A DNA stretch of 32,000 nt from Pseudidiomarina andamanensis (GCF_009734345.1 NZ_CP032551.1:1350001-1382000), one strand, 5' to 3'. Counted from the stretch's first letter, positions 7,786 through 17,215 are shown. A program made the numbers and translations. Notes: a model not told the origin generated them from the letters alone.

Positions 7786-9327
7786 CTAGTTGCCTTGACC
7801 AATCTGCGCGCGAATGAATTCACGCGTATCTTTGAGTAATGCTTGGCGCGCTGGTTCATGCACGTACATCATATGGCCGCCGTGATAATAACGATAGATG
7901 ATGTCATCACTCGCAATGCCATGACGGTTCAACGTGTACTCCGCATCGAAGAACGGCGTGATCAGATCATAATAACCAGAGCCAACCATCACCTTCAACG
8001 CAGGGTTGCTGCGCAGCACCGAAGCTAAATCTGGTGCGGTATTCACATAGTGTGGTTCCCATGAGCGCCCTTCCGGCAGCGGGCTCCAGCGCCATTTCCC
8101 AGAAAGCTCTGGGTCGGCTGGATTCAAATATTTCCGATTCCAATTAATCCCTAAATCATTACGCATATAATGCATAATCGATGCTTTATAAGCTGGCGAA
8201 ATAGCTCGAGCGGCATCAGCTTCTGGGCGAGCAGCAACATCATCACGCTCATCGTTAATATAACGGCTATCGAGTAAACCGACGGCAACGCCTTCGTCAC
8301 GGCGTAACTCCTTCGCAAAACGGAACGCGTTAATCCGTAAATCGACTTGCTCGATATATTCTTTACTAAGGCCTGTGAAGCGCTGAAGCTGGCTCACTAA
8401 GCGCGCTCGCTTTTCCGCACTGAGCAGGTTACCTTGAAATAGTGCTGGCAATAGTTCTTGTGATGCGAAGTCACGGCTCTGCTGAATGAAGGTTTCGAAA
8501 TCACCTGAATTATCAACCTTGCCGTGATACCAAGCGGTCGCCGCCATGGTCGGAATATAGGTAATGTACGAAATGATGTTGTCATCCACATACGGCGTTG
8601 AGCCTTGATAATCGAGTGCCTGTGACACAAACACAATACCGTTCACATTAATCACGTAATCATCGAGTAACACCTTGGCTACCGCAGCAGCGCGAGTCGT
8701 ACCGAAGCTTTCGCCAAGTAAGAACACTGGCGAGTTCCAACGATTGTTCTTGGTTAGCCATTCAGCAATAAACGCGGCCATTGACTTCGCATCTTCGGTT
8801 AAGCCCCAAAAGTCTTCTTTCTTACCCTTGCCAATTGCCTGTGAAAAGCCAGTCCCTACCGGGTCAACAAACACCATATCGGTGACATCAAGAATGGTTT
8901 CCGGTGCATCTTTCATGGTGTATGGCGCTGCGCCCGGATGCTCCGCATCACTTGGAACGATAATGCGTTTCGGGCCATAACCGCCCATGTGTAACCAATT
9001 AGATGACGAACCTGGGCCACCATTCCAAATAAACGTGACCGGTCGGTTTTGTTTGCTTTCCACCACATAATCGAACGAGAAAATCGCCGCAGTTGGGTCG
9101 CCCTCGTTATTCCGAATATAGGTTTCGCCTGCATCCACGGTGTACGTTAAGCGAGTACCGTTAAACGTACCTTTGTGCTGCGAGCGGAAATTGGTTGGTT
9201 CTGGAACGGGTTGCTCGGTTGCTGCATTCTCTTGTTTAGCTTCTGTATTTTGCGCATTGATTGCCGCTGGCAACATCATTGCCGTGAAAAGAGATAAGCA
9301 AACTAAGTAGTTATTTAATGATTTCAC
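7786..9327 (-). CDS. secreted S10-family serine carboxypeptidase-like peptidase
   Basis: Signal peptide MKSLNNYLVCLSLFTAMMLPAAINA. WNGGPGSSS and GESFG(T) serine motifs, and a C-terminal GGHMMY His region, as in peptidase S10. GTG start with a GGAAG RBS. Confidence 0.7.
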   Translation of the reverse strand: MKSLNNYLVCLSLFTAMMLPAAINAQNTEAKQENAATEQPVPEPTNFRSQHKGTFNGTRLTYTVDAGETYIRNNEGDPTAAIFSFDYVVESKQNRPVTFIWNGGPGSSSNWLHMGGYGPKRIIVPSDAEHPGAAPYTMKDAPETILDVTDMVFVDPVGTGFSQAIGKGKKEDFWGLTEDAKSMAAFIAEWLTKNNRWNSPVFLLGESFGTTRAAAVAKVLLDDYVINVNGIVFVSQALDYQGSTPYVDDNIISYITYIPTMAATAWYHGKVDNSGDFETFIQQSRDFASQELLPALFQGNLLSAEKRARLVSQLQRFTGLSKEYIEQVDLRINAFRFAKELRRDEGVAVGLLDSRYINDERDDVAARPEADAARAISPAYKASIMHYMRNDLGINWNRKYLNPADPELSGKWRWSPLPEGRSWEPHYVNTAPDLASVLRSNPALKVMVGSGYYDLITPFFDAEYTLNRHGIASDDIIYRYYHGGHMMYVHEPARQALLKDTREFIRAQIGQGN

Positions 9328-9446
9328 GTTGTTACTTCCTATCTGGGTGTTGTCAGCAGATTACCACAAATAAGAATTACAAAACCATGTGCTATAAAAA
9401 CGATTCGTACCTCTGGTTACTTTCGTTTATGTACCGTTTAACATTC

Positions 9447-9475
9447 AAAAATAAAAGGCGCCAGAGGCGCCCTTT
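9447..9475 (-). terminator. rho-independent terminator of the S8 peptidase gene
   Basis: GGCGCC-AGA-GGCGCC hairpin (9457-9471) extended by A/T pairs. On the minus strand it is followed by TTTTATTTTT. Confidence 0.7.
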
Positions 9476-9522
9476 AATTTCGAATGAATCGTTTTCAATA
9501 AACCGGCGATTTGACGCTCGAT

Positions 9523-11598
9523 CTACTGTATTTCAGACGTAATATCAGTAGTTATTGTAAACGGCGTAGCAATACTAATGTACCCCGTAACACGTAAGGT
9601 ATAGGTTCCAGGGATATCTGTCCAAAATTGCAGTACTTCTGGGTTTTCTAATGATGCGCTAGAAGCTACTTCAACCCCTTCTGGATTTACAAGGTAATAA
9701 TCTAAGTCAGCCACACCGGTCCAACTCAATGTTGAGGTAATGCTCACATCGTTTGGTCTAATTTCTAGTGGAAATTCCTGTACTTCAAGATTCTCTGCTG
9801 AAACGCCCATGGTGCCAGAGTCAATCTGTTGACTGGTTGAGAAACTAACATCAGGAGCTAATAAATCTCCATCAACGTCGACTCGATCAAACATCACATG
9901 TTTATTTAAAATACGTACTTCCAGTTCATGCACGCCTTCTCCTAAATCATCAAATGCAATCACAACTTCCTGAGGTGATGCTTCAGTTGCATTAGCTGCA
10001 TATATTGTATCGGTGCCGAGTGAACGGCCGTCCGCAATAACCTCAATCGATGCAGGATTCGAGTTATTTGCTAAGAAATGGAAGCGTACTCGCTCACCAC
10101 GTATTTTTGCGAAAATTGATGAGTTATCATTTTTTGCCAACGCAACTGTTTGCTGAGACGCTGACGCGTGGAACTTACTTTGCCATTTACCTACATAGAC
10201 TAGCTCGTCAACGCTATTATCAAATTGAGCCCAAAATCCTTGGCTTGCCCACTGAGTATTACCACTCATAAAGCTTGAGCGGTTACCAGAGGTGATTTTT
10301 GCCAAATCCACAGCAGCTTTAACATCTATGTAACCGGCTCCAACCTCATGAGGCGCATAATTCATTGGTTCAGCAGAATCTTTAAGAATTTGCTCAATTT
10401 GGTCAGGTGACAGATCTGGGTTAACTTCTAACAATAACGCCGCCACTCCAGCAACAAAAGGAGTCGCCATCGAAGTCCCGCTGATAGTGTGATAATAGGC
10501 TGCATATTCTGGATGGTCTGTATCGACAACCGGCCCCATTGCACCAATTACTGTATTCGGTGCACGAGTCGAAGTGATATTTTGTCCCGGAGCGGTGATG
10601 TCAGGTAACTTATATACATGACCAGCTACGCCACGACTTGAAAAGTCTGCCAGTTGCTTCTCACTTGTGCCAGCTGCCACATTAATTACCCAAGGCGCTA
10701 TCGCGTACTGATTCAACGTATCCTCAGCAGGGCCAGAATTTGAAGCAGCAAAGCTTACCACCATACCTTTGCTGTATGCCTCGAAAGAGGCCTTATTAAT
10801 TGGGTTGTTTGGATCAAATTCGGCACCATCACCACCACCCCAACTATTAGTAATAATATCAATACCAAGTCTATCTTGATTAGCAATGGCGTAGTCGAAC
10901 CCCAACAACGCATACAAAATTGATAAGCCTTCGCCTGCGCCAAGACCAACAAGACTTGCTCCTGGGGCAATCCCATCGTGATAGTATGCTCGACGTTCGT
11001 CATTTACTGACACCATGCCACTACCGGCAACCGTGCCCGCAACGTGGGTTCCGTGACCCGATGTGGTATCACTATTCGGAACTCCCTCGATAAAGGCACT
11101 GCGTCCCCCCAATAGATCGAGATCGCCTAAAATTTTCACGTTTTCAACTGTCTTCGTCTGAAATTCAAGATCCGGATGAGTAGCATCTACGCCGGAGTCT
11201 AATACTGCAATAGTGACGCCATGCCCATCTAAACCATAAAAATCGTGAACATAGTGGCCACCCGTAATTTCTCCGGACGTATAATTGCTGTATTGCAACG
11301 GTGTATTTGCATAGATACTGCTAACAGCAGAGTTTTCAATTAATGCTTGTAATTGAAGTTTGGTGACCGTGGCGCCTGCCATCGGCATGGTTTTAAGCGA
11401 AAGATAAGGTATTCCAAGATTCTGTAAAACTGGCGCAATATCGCTACTTTTATCAAAAGAAACAATAACGTTATAAGGTCCAGCTTTAGTCTCTATATCT
11501 TGTGCTAGTTTCGGACCGAGTAAGGCATCCGCCTGTACAGATGTCGTGATGAGTAATCCTGAGGCCAAAATACCTAAAGTTGTAAGTTTTTTATTCAT
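9523..11598 (-). CDS. secreted subtilisin-like S8 serine peptidase with C-terminal pre-peptidase (PPC) domain
   Basis: Catalytic triad motifs VAVLDSGVDATHPD, HGTHVAGTVAG and SGTSMATPFVAGVAALL. The C-terminal LSWTG.ADLDYYLVNPEG...GTYTLRVTGY segment is PPC-like. Start taken at the ATG at 11598 (MNKKLTTLGILASGLL...) with GGAGAA 6 nt upstream. The track start at 11610 is a TTG. Confidence 0.9.
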   Translation of the reverse strand: MNKKLTTLGILASGLLITTSVQADALLGPKLAQDIETKAGPYNVIVSFDKSSDIAPVLQNLGIPYLSLKTMPMAGATVTKLQLQALIENSAVSSIYANTPLQYSNYTSGEITGGHYVHDFYGLDGHGVTIAVLDSGVDATHPDLEFQTKTVENVKILGDLDLLGGRSAFIEGVPNSDTTSGHGTHVAGTVAGSGMVSVNDERRAYYHDGIAPGASLVGLGAGEGLSILYALLGFDYAIANQDRLGIDIITNSWGGGDGAEFDPNNPINKASFEAYSKGMVVSFAASNSGPAEDTLNQYAIAPWVINVAAGTSEKQLADFSSRGVAGHVYKLPDITAPGQNITSTRAPNTVIGAMGPVVDTDHPEYAAYYHTISGTSMATPFVAGVAALLLEVNPDLSPDQIEQILKDSAEPMNYAPHEVGAGYIDVKAAVDLAKITSGNRSSFMSGNTQWASQGFWAQFDNSVDELVYVGKWQSKFHASASQQTVALAKNDNSSIFAKIRGERVRFHFLANNSNPASIEVIADGRSLGTDTIYAANATEASPQEVVIAFDDLGEGVHELEVRILNKHVMFDRVDVDGDLLAPDVSFSTSQQIDSGTMGVSAENLEVQEFPLEIRPNDVSITSTLSWTGVADLDYYLVNPEGVEVASSASLENPEVLQFWTDIPGTYTLRVTGYISIATPFTITTDITSEIQ

Positions 11599-11660
11599 GT
11601 TGTTCTCCAAAAATATCGTTTTGACTCAAGCAGAATTACACCGACATTGAATTTTGGATA

Positions 11661-11676
11661 TAGGGGTTTTCCCCTA
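11661..11676 (-). terminator. short hairpin downstream of the tRNA (weak terminator candidate)
   Basis: On the minus strand: TAGGGG-AAAA-CCCCTA followed by TATATCCAAAATT. Only a 6-bp stem and an interrupted U-tract. Confidence 0.3.
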
Positions 11677-11722
11677 AAATTGGAGTGCATAGTGAATTGA
11701 GATGGTGGAATATGGATTCAAA

Positions 11723-11798
11723 TGGTGGCCCCTCCCAGATTTGAACTGGGGACCAACCGATTATGAGTCGGCTGCTCTAACCACTGAGCTAAGGGGCC
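11723..11798 (-). tRNA. ileX: tRNA-Ile2 (anticodon CAT, lysidine-type), not elongator tRNA-Met
   Basis: 76-nt cloverleaf folded by hand: GGCCCCT/AGGGGCC acceptor stem, GCTC/GAGC D stem, GCCGA-CTCATAA-TCGGT anticodon arm, CCCAG/CTGGG T stem, encoded CCA. The acceptor stem, D arm and anticodon loop are near-identical to E. coli ileX as I recall it, with compensatory changes in the anticodon stem. In E. coli, ileX also lies just downstream of rpoD. Confidence 0.8.
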
Positions 11799-11844
11799 AT
11801 TACGGGTAGGTGGTTAATCCTGTGGGATTAACAAAGCGGGCGCA

Positions 11845-11873
11845 AGTATATGAAATTTCGGCCCGCTTGTCAT
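11845..11873 (-). promoter_or_regulatory. sigma70 promoter for the tRNA with GC-rich discriminator
   Basis: Minus strand: ATGACA (-35, 11868-11873), 17 nt, TATACT (-10, 11845-11850), then TGCGCCCGC. A GC-rich discriminator is typical of stringently controlled stable-RNA promoters. The predicted start lies ~40 nt upstream of the mature 5' end. Confidence 0.5.
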
Positions 11874-11891
11874 GACCCCGAATGGGGTTTT

Positions 11892-12686
11892 TTATAGGTT
11901 TATGTGGTAGAAATCAGCGGCGTTGCCAGCGAAAACTTTATCAATAGCTTTGTCATCACCGAGTGCTTCGCACACAGTTTCAATATCACGCACATTAAAC
12001 GGACGCTCGGCGCGTGTTGAAGGCAAGTCAGTACCAAACATCAAGCTTTCAGGGTTAATGGCGTAGATGGCTTTTACAGCCTTGGCAACATCTACCTCGG
12101 TACGTCCGAAACCCGAAGCTTTAATATGAACCCCATTGTCTGCCAGCTTCTGAATTTGCGATAAGCCAGAGCGTGCCATGCCTAAATGGTCAACCGACAC
12201 CTTCGGCAGCTTCAAGAGCTTCGGCATCACTTCATCCAGCTCACGGCTATCCACGTAGATTTCTAAATGCCAGCCGGCTAAATCCCAAATGCGTTGGCCA
12301 AAGTCGACCAAGTTATCAAGACCACTGACTACACGGCGTTTTAAGTTCACGCGAATGCCGCGAATGCGGTGGTCACGCAGCTTCAAAATCTCGGCATCCG
12401 AGACGCTGCTTGGTAAGTTGGTGATGCCCACAAACTGCTCGCCCATATCGGCTAGGGCAGATTTTAAGTAGCTTTGATCGAAGCCTTGAACAGAGCCCGA
12501 CACAATCACTCCACCACGAATATTGAAATCTTTGGTGCGGTGGCGATAATCTTCAATGGAAAACGGCGCAGGCAGAAAGCCTTGATTCTCTATCAACGGA
12601 AATGAATCGTTGTAGATATGAAAATGGGCATCGATAATTCGACGCGGTTGCTGTATTTCGGTGTTGTTCTGATCAACTGCGATCAT
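11892..12686 (-). CDS. amidohydrolase-2 family (TIM-barrel metal-dependent hydrolase)
   Basis: 264-aa ORF with an N-terminal IDAHFHIY metal-binding motif, VDHLG in the middle and a FGTDLP motif near the C-terminus. This pattern fits PF04909-type amidohydrolases. Confidence 0.7.
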   Translation of the reverse strand: MIAVDQNNTEIQQPRRIIDAHFHIYNDSFPLIENQGFLPAPFSIEDYRHRTKDFNIRGGVIVSGSVQGFDQSYLKSALADMGEQFVGITNLPSSVSDAEILKLRDHRIRGIRVNLKRRVVSGLDNLVDFGQRIWDLAGWHLEIYVDSRELDEVMPKLLKLPKVSVDHLGMARSGLSQIQKLADNGVHIKASGFGRTEVDVAKAVKAIYAINPESLMFGTDLPSTRAERPFNVRDIETVCEALGDDKAIDKVFAGNAADFYHINL

Positions 12687-12735
12687 ATTTCATCCTTTTC
12701 AGCGAAGTTAGGCACATTTTAACAAATTTCGCCCT

Positions 12736-12765
12736 AAAAATAAAAAAGCCCTAGCCACAAGGGCT
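12736..12765 (-). terminator. rho-independent terminator of rpoD
   Basis: Minus strand: AGCCCT-TGTGGCT-AGGGCT followed by TTTTTTATTTTT. Confidence 0.75.
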
Positions 12766-12816
12766 AGAGCTTCTTAAGACGTTTTTTACGTTGAATCGTT
12801 CAGATTAAATCTGAGC

Positions 12817-14661
12817 TTACTCGTCTAAGAACGATTTCAGCTGCTCAGAACGGCTTGGGTGACGTAGCTTGCGTAAAGCTTTGGCTTCAATCTGACGAAT
12901 CCGCTCACGGGTAACGTCAAACTGCTTACCAACTTCTTCCAACGTATGGTCGGTATTCATATCAATACCAAAGCGCATACGAAGTACTTTCGCCTCACGT
13001 TGCGTCAATCCACCGAGCACTTCACGAACCGCGTTGCGTAGGCTTTCTGAGGTTGCTGAGTCCACCGGTAGATCCAATGTGGTGTCCTCAATGAAGTCGC
13101 CAAGATGCGAATCTTCATCGTCACCAATTGGTGTCTCCATTGAAATCGGTTCTTTCGCAATTTTCAGAACTTTACGGATCTTATCTTCTGGCATGACCAT
13201 GCGCTCGGCCAATTCTTCTGGCGTCGGTTCACGACCCATTTCCTGAAGCATTTGACGCGAGATACGGTTCAATTTATTGATCGTTTCGATCATGTGAACC
13301 GGAATACGAATGGTACGAGCCTGATCCGCAATTGAACGCGTAATCGCCTGACGAATCCACCAAGTTGCATAAGTTGAAAACTTATAACCACGACGGTATT
13401 CGAACTTGTCGACGGCTTTCATCAAACCGATGTTACCTTCTTGAATTAAATCCAAGAACTGCAAACCACGATTGGTATATTTTTTCGCAATTGAGATAAC
13501 CAAACGCAAGTTGGCTTCAACCATCTCTTTCTTCGCACGGCGAGCTTTCGCTTCACCAATGGACATACGACGGTTGATATCTTTAACTTTCGCGATGGTT
13601 AAGCCAGTTTCCACTTCGACTTCTGCAAGTTTGTGGATACAACGCTCGAGTTCAACCTGAAGCGTTGATAATGACTCAGAATAGGCTTCACCATCGTCAA
13701 TGGCTTTCGCCAACCACGCGGTGCTATTCTCGTTGCCCGCAAACAGCTTCATGAATGCGCGTTTCGGCATACCCGCCTGTTCAACACACATCTTCATGAT
13801 TAAGCGTTCTTGCACACGCACACGATGCATCATGTCGCGCATGTCTTTAACCAAGCGATCAAATTGCTTTGGTACCAGACGGAATTGCTTGAACAATTCG
13901 CTTAGCGCTTCAATTTCTTTGCGTGCTTTGGCATTGTCGCGACCATGTTTGCTGATTGCGGCACGGGTTCTTTCGTACTGATCACGAAGTTCAGCGAATT
14001 TCTGGCGCGCGAATTCAGGATCGATGCCGCTATCTGAGCTGTCATCATCACTGTCATCGTCGTCCTCATCAACGTCTTCATCTTCGTCTTCGAGCTGATC
14101 TTCACTCAATTCAGAACCAATGTGCGTTGCAGCGACAGGCGCTTCGTCCACTTCATTCGGGTCAATAAAGCCAGAAATAATGTCGGTTAAACGCATTTCT
14201 TCCGCTTCGCATGAATCCCACTGATCCAACAAGAAATTGATGGCTTCAGGATATTCAGCAACGGAACATTGAACTTGGTTAATACCGTCTTCAATGCGCT
14301 TTGCGATGTCGATCTCGCCTTCGCGAGTTAACAATTCAACTGTGCCCATTTCACGCATGTACATGCGCACTGGGTCAGTGGTGCGACCCAACTCGCCATC
14401 CACGCTTGCTAATGCTTGCGCGGCGGCTTCAGCTGCGTCCTCATCAGCGGTGTCTTCGCTCATCATCAATTCATCGGCATCGGGTGCGTTTTCAAACACC
14501 TGAATACCCATGTCATTGATCATGCCGATGATGTCTTCGATTTGATCCGAATCAACGATCTCAGAAGGTAGGTGATCGTTCACTTCTGAAAAAGTGAGAT
14601 AACCTTGCTCCTTACCTTTGGCAATAAGAAGCCTGAGCTGTGATTGACGACTCTGCTGCAT
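12817..14661 (-). CDS. rpoD: RNA polymerase sigma factor RpoD (sigma-70)
   Basis: 614 aa. Acidic region 1.1/NCR. Conserved regions 2-4 include [39 protein letters not shown] and [33 protein letters not shown]. Confidence 0.98.
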   Translation of the reverse strand: MQQSRQSQLRLLIAKGKEQGYLTFSEVNDHLPSEIVDSDQIEDIIGMINDMGIQVFENAPDADELMMSEDTADEDAAEAAAQALASVDGELGRTTDPVRMYMREMGTVELLTREGEIDIAKRIEDGINQVQCSVAEYPEAINFLLDQWDSCEAEEMRLTDIISGFIDPNEVDEAPVAATHIGSELSEDQLEDEDEDVDEDDDDSDDDSSDSGIDPEFARQKFAELRDQYERTRAAISKHGRDNAKARKEIEALSELFKQFRLVPKQFDRLVKDMRDMMHRVRVQERLIMKMCVEQAGMPKRAFMKLFAGNENSTAWLAKAIDDGEAYSESLSTLQVELERCIHKLAEVEVETGLTIAKVKDINRRMSIGEAKARRAKKEMVEANLRLVISIAKKYTNRGLQFLDLIQEGNIGLMKAVDKFEYRRGYKFSTYATWWIRQAITRSIADQARTIRIPVHMIETINKLNRISRQMLQEMGREPTPEELAERMVMPEDKIRKVLKIAKEPISMETPIGDDEDSHLGDFIEDTTLDLPVDSATSESLRNAVREVLGGLTQREAKVLRMRFGIDMNTDHTLEEVGKQFDVTRERIRQIEAKALRKLRHPSRSEQLKSFLDE

Positions 14662-14784
14662 ACAGATCTACCACCTGTTATTAATATAGAAAAGTAACCG
14701 GTCTTAAACTTACGGCGACTCAATTAGGTACGAATAAGTACACTATTTAGATGAGTGCGTGAGGTATAAAATTCAAGACCGGAA

Positions 14785-14793
14785 ATTGTAGCA
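14785..14793 (-). promoter_or_regulatory. candidate extended -10 promoter proximal to rpoD
   Basis: Minus strand TGCTACAAT matches TGnTATAAT. No good -35 element. Confidence 0.3.
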
Positions 14794-14821
14794 GATACTG
14801 TCGTTTTCAGCCAGAATTTAA

Positions 14822-15208
14822 TCAGTTATTCTCAGGAATTCGTGTCAGCGCTAGCTCACCAGTACCAATTAAATTGCCGTCGGCAAACACAATTGGGGTG
14901 CACTCATCACGCGTGGTGTTGCCATCTGCGTGAACACGTTGGGTGCGATAATATAGTACACGATAGCGTACATTATCCACGGTCCATAAGTCAGAAAACT
15001 CTGGCGTGCCTAATTCATTTTGTACTGCATCGACGGTCATACCATTGGTGAACGATGCAATTGCGGTACGGTTACGTTTTTCTTGCTTACTGACGCTATC
15101 GCTCGTGCTGTAGTTTTCACCATCACCATTGACGGCAATCACACAGCCTTGCAAGCCTGCAGACAACATCACAACGGCACTAACCATGGCTAGCTTTGGA
15201 AACTTCAT
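14822..15208 (-). CDS. small BamE/SmpA-like lipoprotein (DUF3192-like)
   Basis: GAGGAG RBS 7 nt upstream of the ATG. Signal peptide with lipobox LQGC. The YYRTQRVHADGNTTRDECTPIVF motif matches my recollection of DUF3192 proteins. Confidence 0.6.
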   Translation of the reverse strand: MKFPKLAMVSAVVMLSAGLQGCVIAVNGDGENYSTSDSVSKQEKRNRTAIASFTNGMTVDAVQNELGTPEFSDLWTVDNVRYRVLYYRTQRVHADGNTTRDECTPIVFADGNLIGTGELALTRIPENN

Positions 15209-15380
15209 GTTTTACTCCTCGTTTTTATTCTTAATTAAGTACGAATTAATGTTCTGCACACAGGTAGCCATGCAAAACTAATGCCATAAATTTATATTGT
15301 TGTTTTATATGTTATTTTTTCGATTTCGCATTTATTGAAGTGGCGAGAAACACAAACTTGTTGCGGAAACTAAAAACGAG

Positions 15381-17132
15381 TTAGCGTTTTTCACGATCTT
15401 TTAAATACTGCAACAAGGTGAGGTATTCCTGTTTTTCGGTCTTATTCAACGGGGCAGTTCGCTCTTTTTCGAGCAGCTCATTCGCCCGTTGTTCAACGAA
15501 CATATCAATGAAGTAAGCAAAGATACCAAAGAATTCGTGCACGGCTTTTTCGGCATCGAGATGATGCTCCCAACGCGCCAATTGGCGTAATGCCTTTTCT
15601 TCGGGCTCGCCGCGCCACAGTTCCAATATTTGTGCCGAAGTTAATGGCTGCGCGTGCGTCTGCTGGTGCAACTTCAGCAACAAGTCGATACCGGGTTGCT
15701 TTAACGCACTTAATTCGGTGTGCAACGGAATTTCGCGACCGATTTCAGGGTGCTGCACCAATAGCCCGATGGCTCGGCGCATCGGCGTCATTTTCAGCGT
15801 GGTTTGCTCAGGTTTAGCTCTTGTCGGCGCTTTAATCTGCGCTTCTAATTGTGAGGTTTCCCGACGTAGTAATCTCGCTAAGCGTTCCATCAAGGTTTCA
15901 CGATAGAAGTCACTCGCAATGCGTTCGATAAGCGGTTTGACTTGCTTCAGCAACAATGACTTACCGGCATCAGACTGCACATCAATGGTTTCAGTTAGGT
16001 GCGAAAAGAAGTAATCGGTGAAACTTTGCGCGTTTTGTAGCCGCTGGGCGAACGCTTCAGCGCCTTCTTTACGAACAAGCGTATCGGGGTCTTCACCGTC
16101 AGGTAAGAATAAGAAGCTTAATTCGATGCCATCGTTGAGCAACGGCAAGGCATTTTCTAAGGCTCGCCAAGCGGCGTCACGCCCCGCTCGGTCGCCATCG
16201 TAACAACACACAACTTTGCGCGTGGCGCGAAATAACATTTGTAACTGTTCGGTTGTCGTTGCGGTGCCAAGCGAGGCGACAGCAAAGCTAATACCTGCCT
16301 GCGCTAATGCGACAACATCCATGTAGCCCTCAACAATAACCACTTGTTCGAGTTCACGGTTGGCTTGCCGTGCTTCATAAAAGCCGTAAAGCTCACGACC
16401 TTTATGGAAAATACGGGTTTCTGGCGAGTTCAAATACTTCGGCCCGTCGCCTTCTAGAATACGTCCGCCAAAACCGACGACGCGTCCCCGTCGGTCTCGT
16501 ATCGGAAACATCACCCGATCACGAAAGAAGTCGTAATAGCGGCCTTGCTCATTTTGATTCACAAGTTTCAGATCAACTAACTGCTGTTTTGATCGTTGGT
16601 CTGATCCTAACGCGTTCAAAATGCCGTCCCAGCCATCTGGGGCATAGCCAATTTGAAATTGCTTCACAATATCGCCGCTTAAACCTCGGCCTTTCAAATA
16701 ATCGATGACACGTTTTGAGTTGGCGTGGTGACGTAACTGGTGTGCAAAAAACTTAGTGGCGCGCTCCATTTGTTCATAGTCACTCGACTCTTGCGCACGC
16801 TTACGCGCATCCGCCGCTGGATTTGTCGAGGTCTCGCGCGGCACTTCAAGACCAAGCATATGCGCTAGTTCTTCAACCGCCTCAGGAAACTCAAGGCCAT
16901 CAAACTTCATCAAGAAATCGAGCGCATTACCGTGCTCGCCACAACCGAAACAATGATAAAACTGCTTATCAGGGGCTACGGTAAAGCTCGGTGATTTTTC
17001 ATTATGAAAGGGGCAACAGGCTTGATAATTACGGCCAGCTTTTTTTAGTGGCACACGGCTATCAACAATCTCTACCACATCGGCTCGTTCAATGAGATCG
17101 TGAATAAAGCTTTTAGGAATTAAACCTGCCAT
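15381..17132 (-). CDS. dnaG: DNA primase
   Basis: MAGLIPKSFIHDLIERADVVEIV aligns with the E. coli DnaG N-terminus. Zinc ribbon CCPFHNEKSPSFTV...YHCFGCG, TOPRIM EGYMDVVAL, and a C-terminal DnaB-binding domain. The ATG at 17132 is preferred over the upstream GTG at 17147. Confidence 0.96.
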   Translation of the reverse strand: MAGLIPKSFIHDLIERADVVEIVDSRVPLKKAGRNYQACCPFHNEKSPSFTVAPDKQFYHCFGCGEHGNALDFLMKFDGLEFPEAVEELAHMLGLEVPRETSTNPAADARKRAQESSDYEQMERATKFFAHQLRHHANSKRVIDYLKGRGLSGDIVKQFQIGYAPDGWDGILNALGSDQRSKQQLVDLKLVNQNEQGRYYDFFRDRVMFPIRDRRGRVVGFGGRILEGDGPKYLNSPETRIFHKGRELYGFYEARQANRELEQVVIVEGYMDVVALAQAGISFAVASLGTATTTEQLQMLFRATRKVVCCYDGDRAGRDAAWRALENALPLLNDGIELSFLFLPDGEDPDTLVRKEGAEAFAQRLQNAQSFTDYFFSHLTETIDVQSDAGKSLLLKQVKPLIERIASDFYRETLMERLARLLRRETSQLEAQIKAPTRAKPEQTTLKMTPMRRAIGLLVQHPEIGREIPLHTELSALKQPGIDLLLKLHQQTHAQPLTSAQILELWRGEPEEKALRQLARWEHHLDAEKAVHEFFGIFAYFIDMFVEQRANELLEKERTAPLNKTEKQEYLTLLQYLKDREKR

Positions 17133-17187
17133 GGCCTGCCTGTGCACTTAATTGTAATGGAATTGCGAAGCTAGAATTGTGGTTTAG

Positions 17188-17215
17188 ATTGTACTCTGAC
17201 TTGCGCCTGGTGCAA
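17188..17215 (-). promoter_or_regulatory. candidate sigma70 promoter between the rpsU terminator and dnaG
   Basis: Minus strand: TTGCAC (17210-17215), 16 nt, TACAAT (17188-17193). Confidence 0.3.

Noticed and set aside
11702-11728. ATGGTGG repeated 14 nt downstream of the tRNA 3' end: a possible att site of a genomic island
   Set aside because: Only 6-7 nt match exactly, and the copy is adjacent to the tRNA rather than kilobases away. There is no integrase, no second boundary repeat and no mobility gene. It is mentioned only as weak support in the S8 finding.
13990-14110. Repetitive GAT/GAC/GAA-rich stretch that looked like a tandem repeat
   Set aside because: It encodes the acidic Asp/Glu-rich spacer of sigma-70 region 1.1 ([21 protein letters not shown]). 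This is normal low-complexity coding sequence, not a repeat element.
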